Source: a virus. Taken from it: a DNA stretch of 64,000 nucleotides. The stretch lies in IMG/VR virus record IMGVR_UViG_3300048591_000147, positions 1 through 64,000 of that record; one strand, written 5' to 3'. This document shows positions 63,911 to 64,000 of this stretch, in pieces. The notes beneath the pieces were generated by a model, which saw nothing but the letters and a program-made list of their open reading frames with translations, made no database searches and had not been told where the DNA came from. A program made the position numbers and the translations under genes. Each line of letters begins with the position of its first letter. Positions within the stretch are counted from its first letter, which is position 1.

Positions 63911-64000
63911 AATGTAATTCCAGTAGTCATTAGTGACGACGAGTCTAGCACAAGATCAAAAATTGCGCTACAATGTGCGTCACAAATCATACAAGGTAAT

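Overview
This window is AT-rich, densely packed phage DNA. I read it as the hyperplastic accessory region of a large T4-like myovirus: an inference from several TATAAATA late-promoter-like motifs, multiple Seg-like GIY-YIG and Mob-like HNH homing endonucleases, an NrdC-like glutaredoxin, a CobS/CobT-like MoxR ATPase plus vWA pair, and several tRNA clusters. No database search was possible; all calls rest on motifs read in the ORF translations and by-eye RNA folding.

Main content:
- Two diverged, inverted tail-fibre modules (1..2884 on + and 11587..15858 on -). Their fibre proteins carry long (TPTV/TPTI)n linkers. They flank a co-oriented amino-sugar cluster (6329..10790): a NeuD/PglD-like acetyltransferase, two glycosyltransferases sharing a duplicated domain, and a DegT-family aminotransferase.
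- A divergent vWA-metallopeptidase / MoxR-ATPase pair (3993..6328).
- Four GIY-YIG and three HNH endonuclease genes, all next to tRNA or tRNA-like genes.
- At least 10 tRNA or tRNA-like genes. Several have perfect acceptor and T arms but are 25-65 nt too long or have degenerate anticodon arms. A duplicated type-II tRNA-like gene has a 31-nt hairpin insertion in one copy.
- A ~1 kb array (21990..23000) of degenerate ~100-190 bp tRNA-like / promoter units.
- Many small gene families in tandem paralog arrays: five contiguous 2-TM membrane proteins of ~85 aa plus dispersed relatives; five 'F..P...YW(L)E' mini-proteins; four 'KCAAGHLIPD' proteins.
- Anti-defence or defence-like genes: a Lar-family restriction-alleviation protein, MazG, a pol-beta-type nucleotidyltransferase, a WYL-like protein, an RHH protein, DUF551-like proteins, an SPFH lipoprotein and an ATP-grasp protein.
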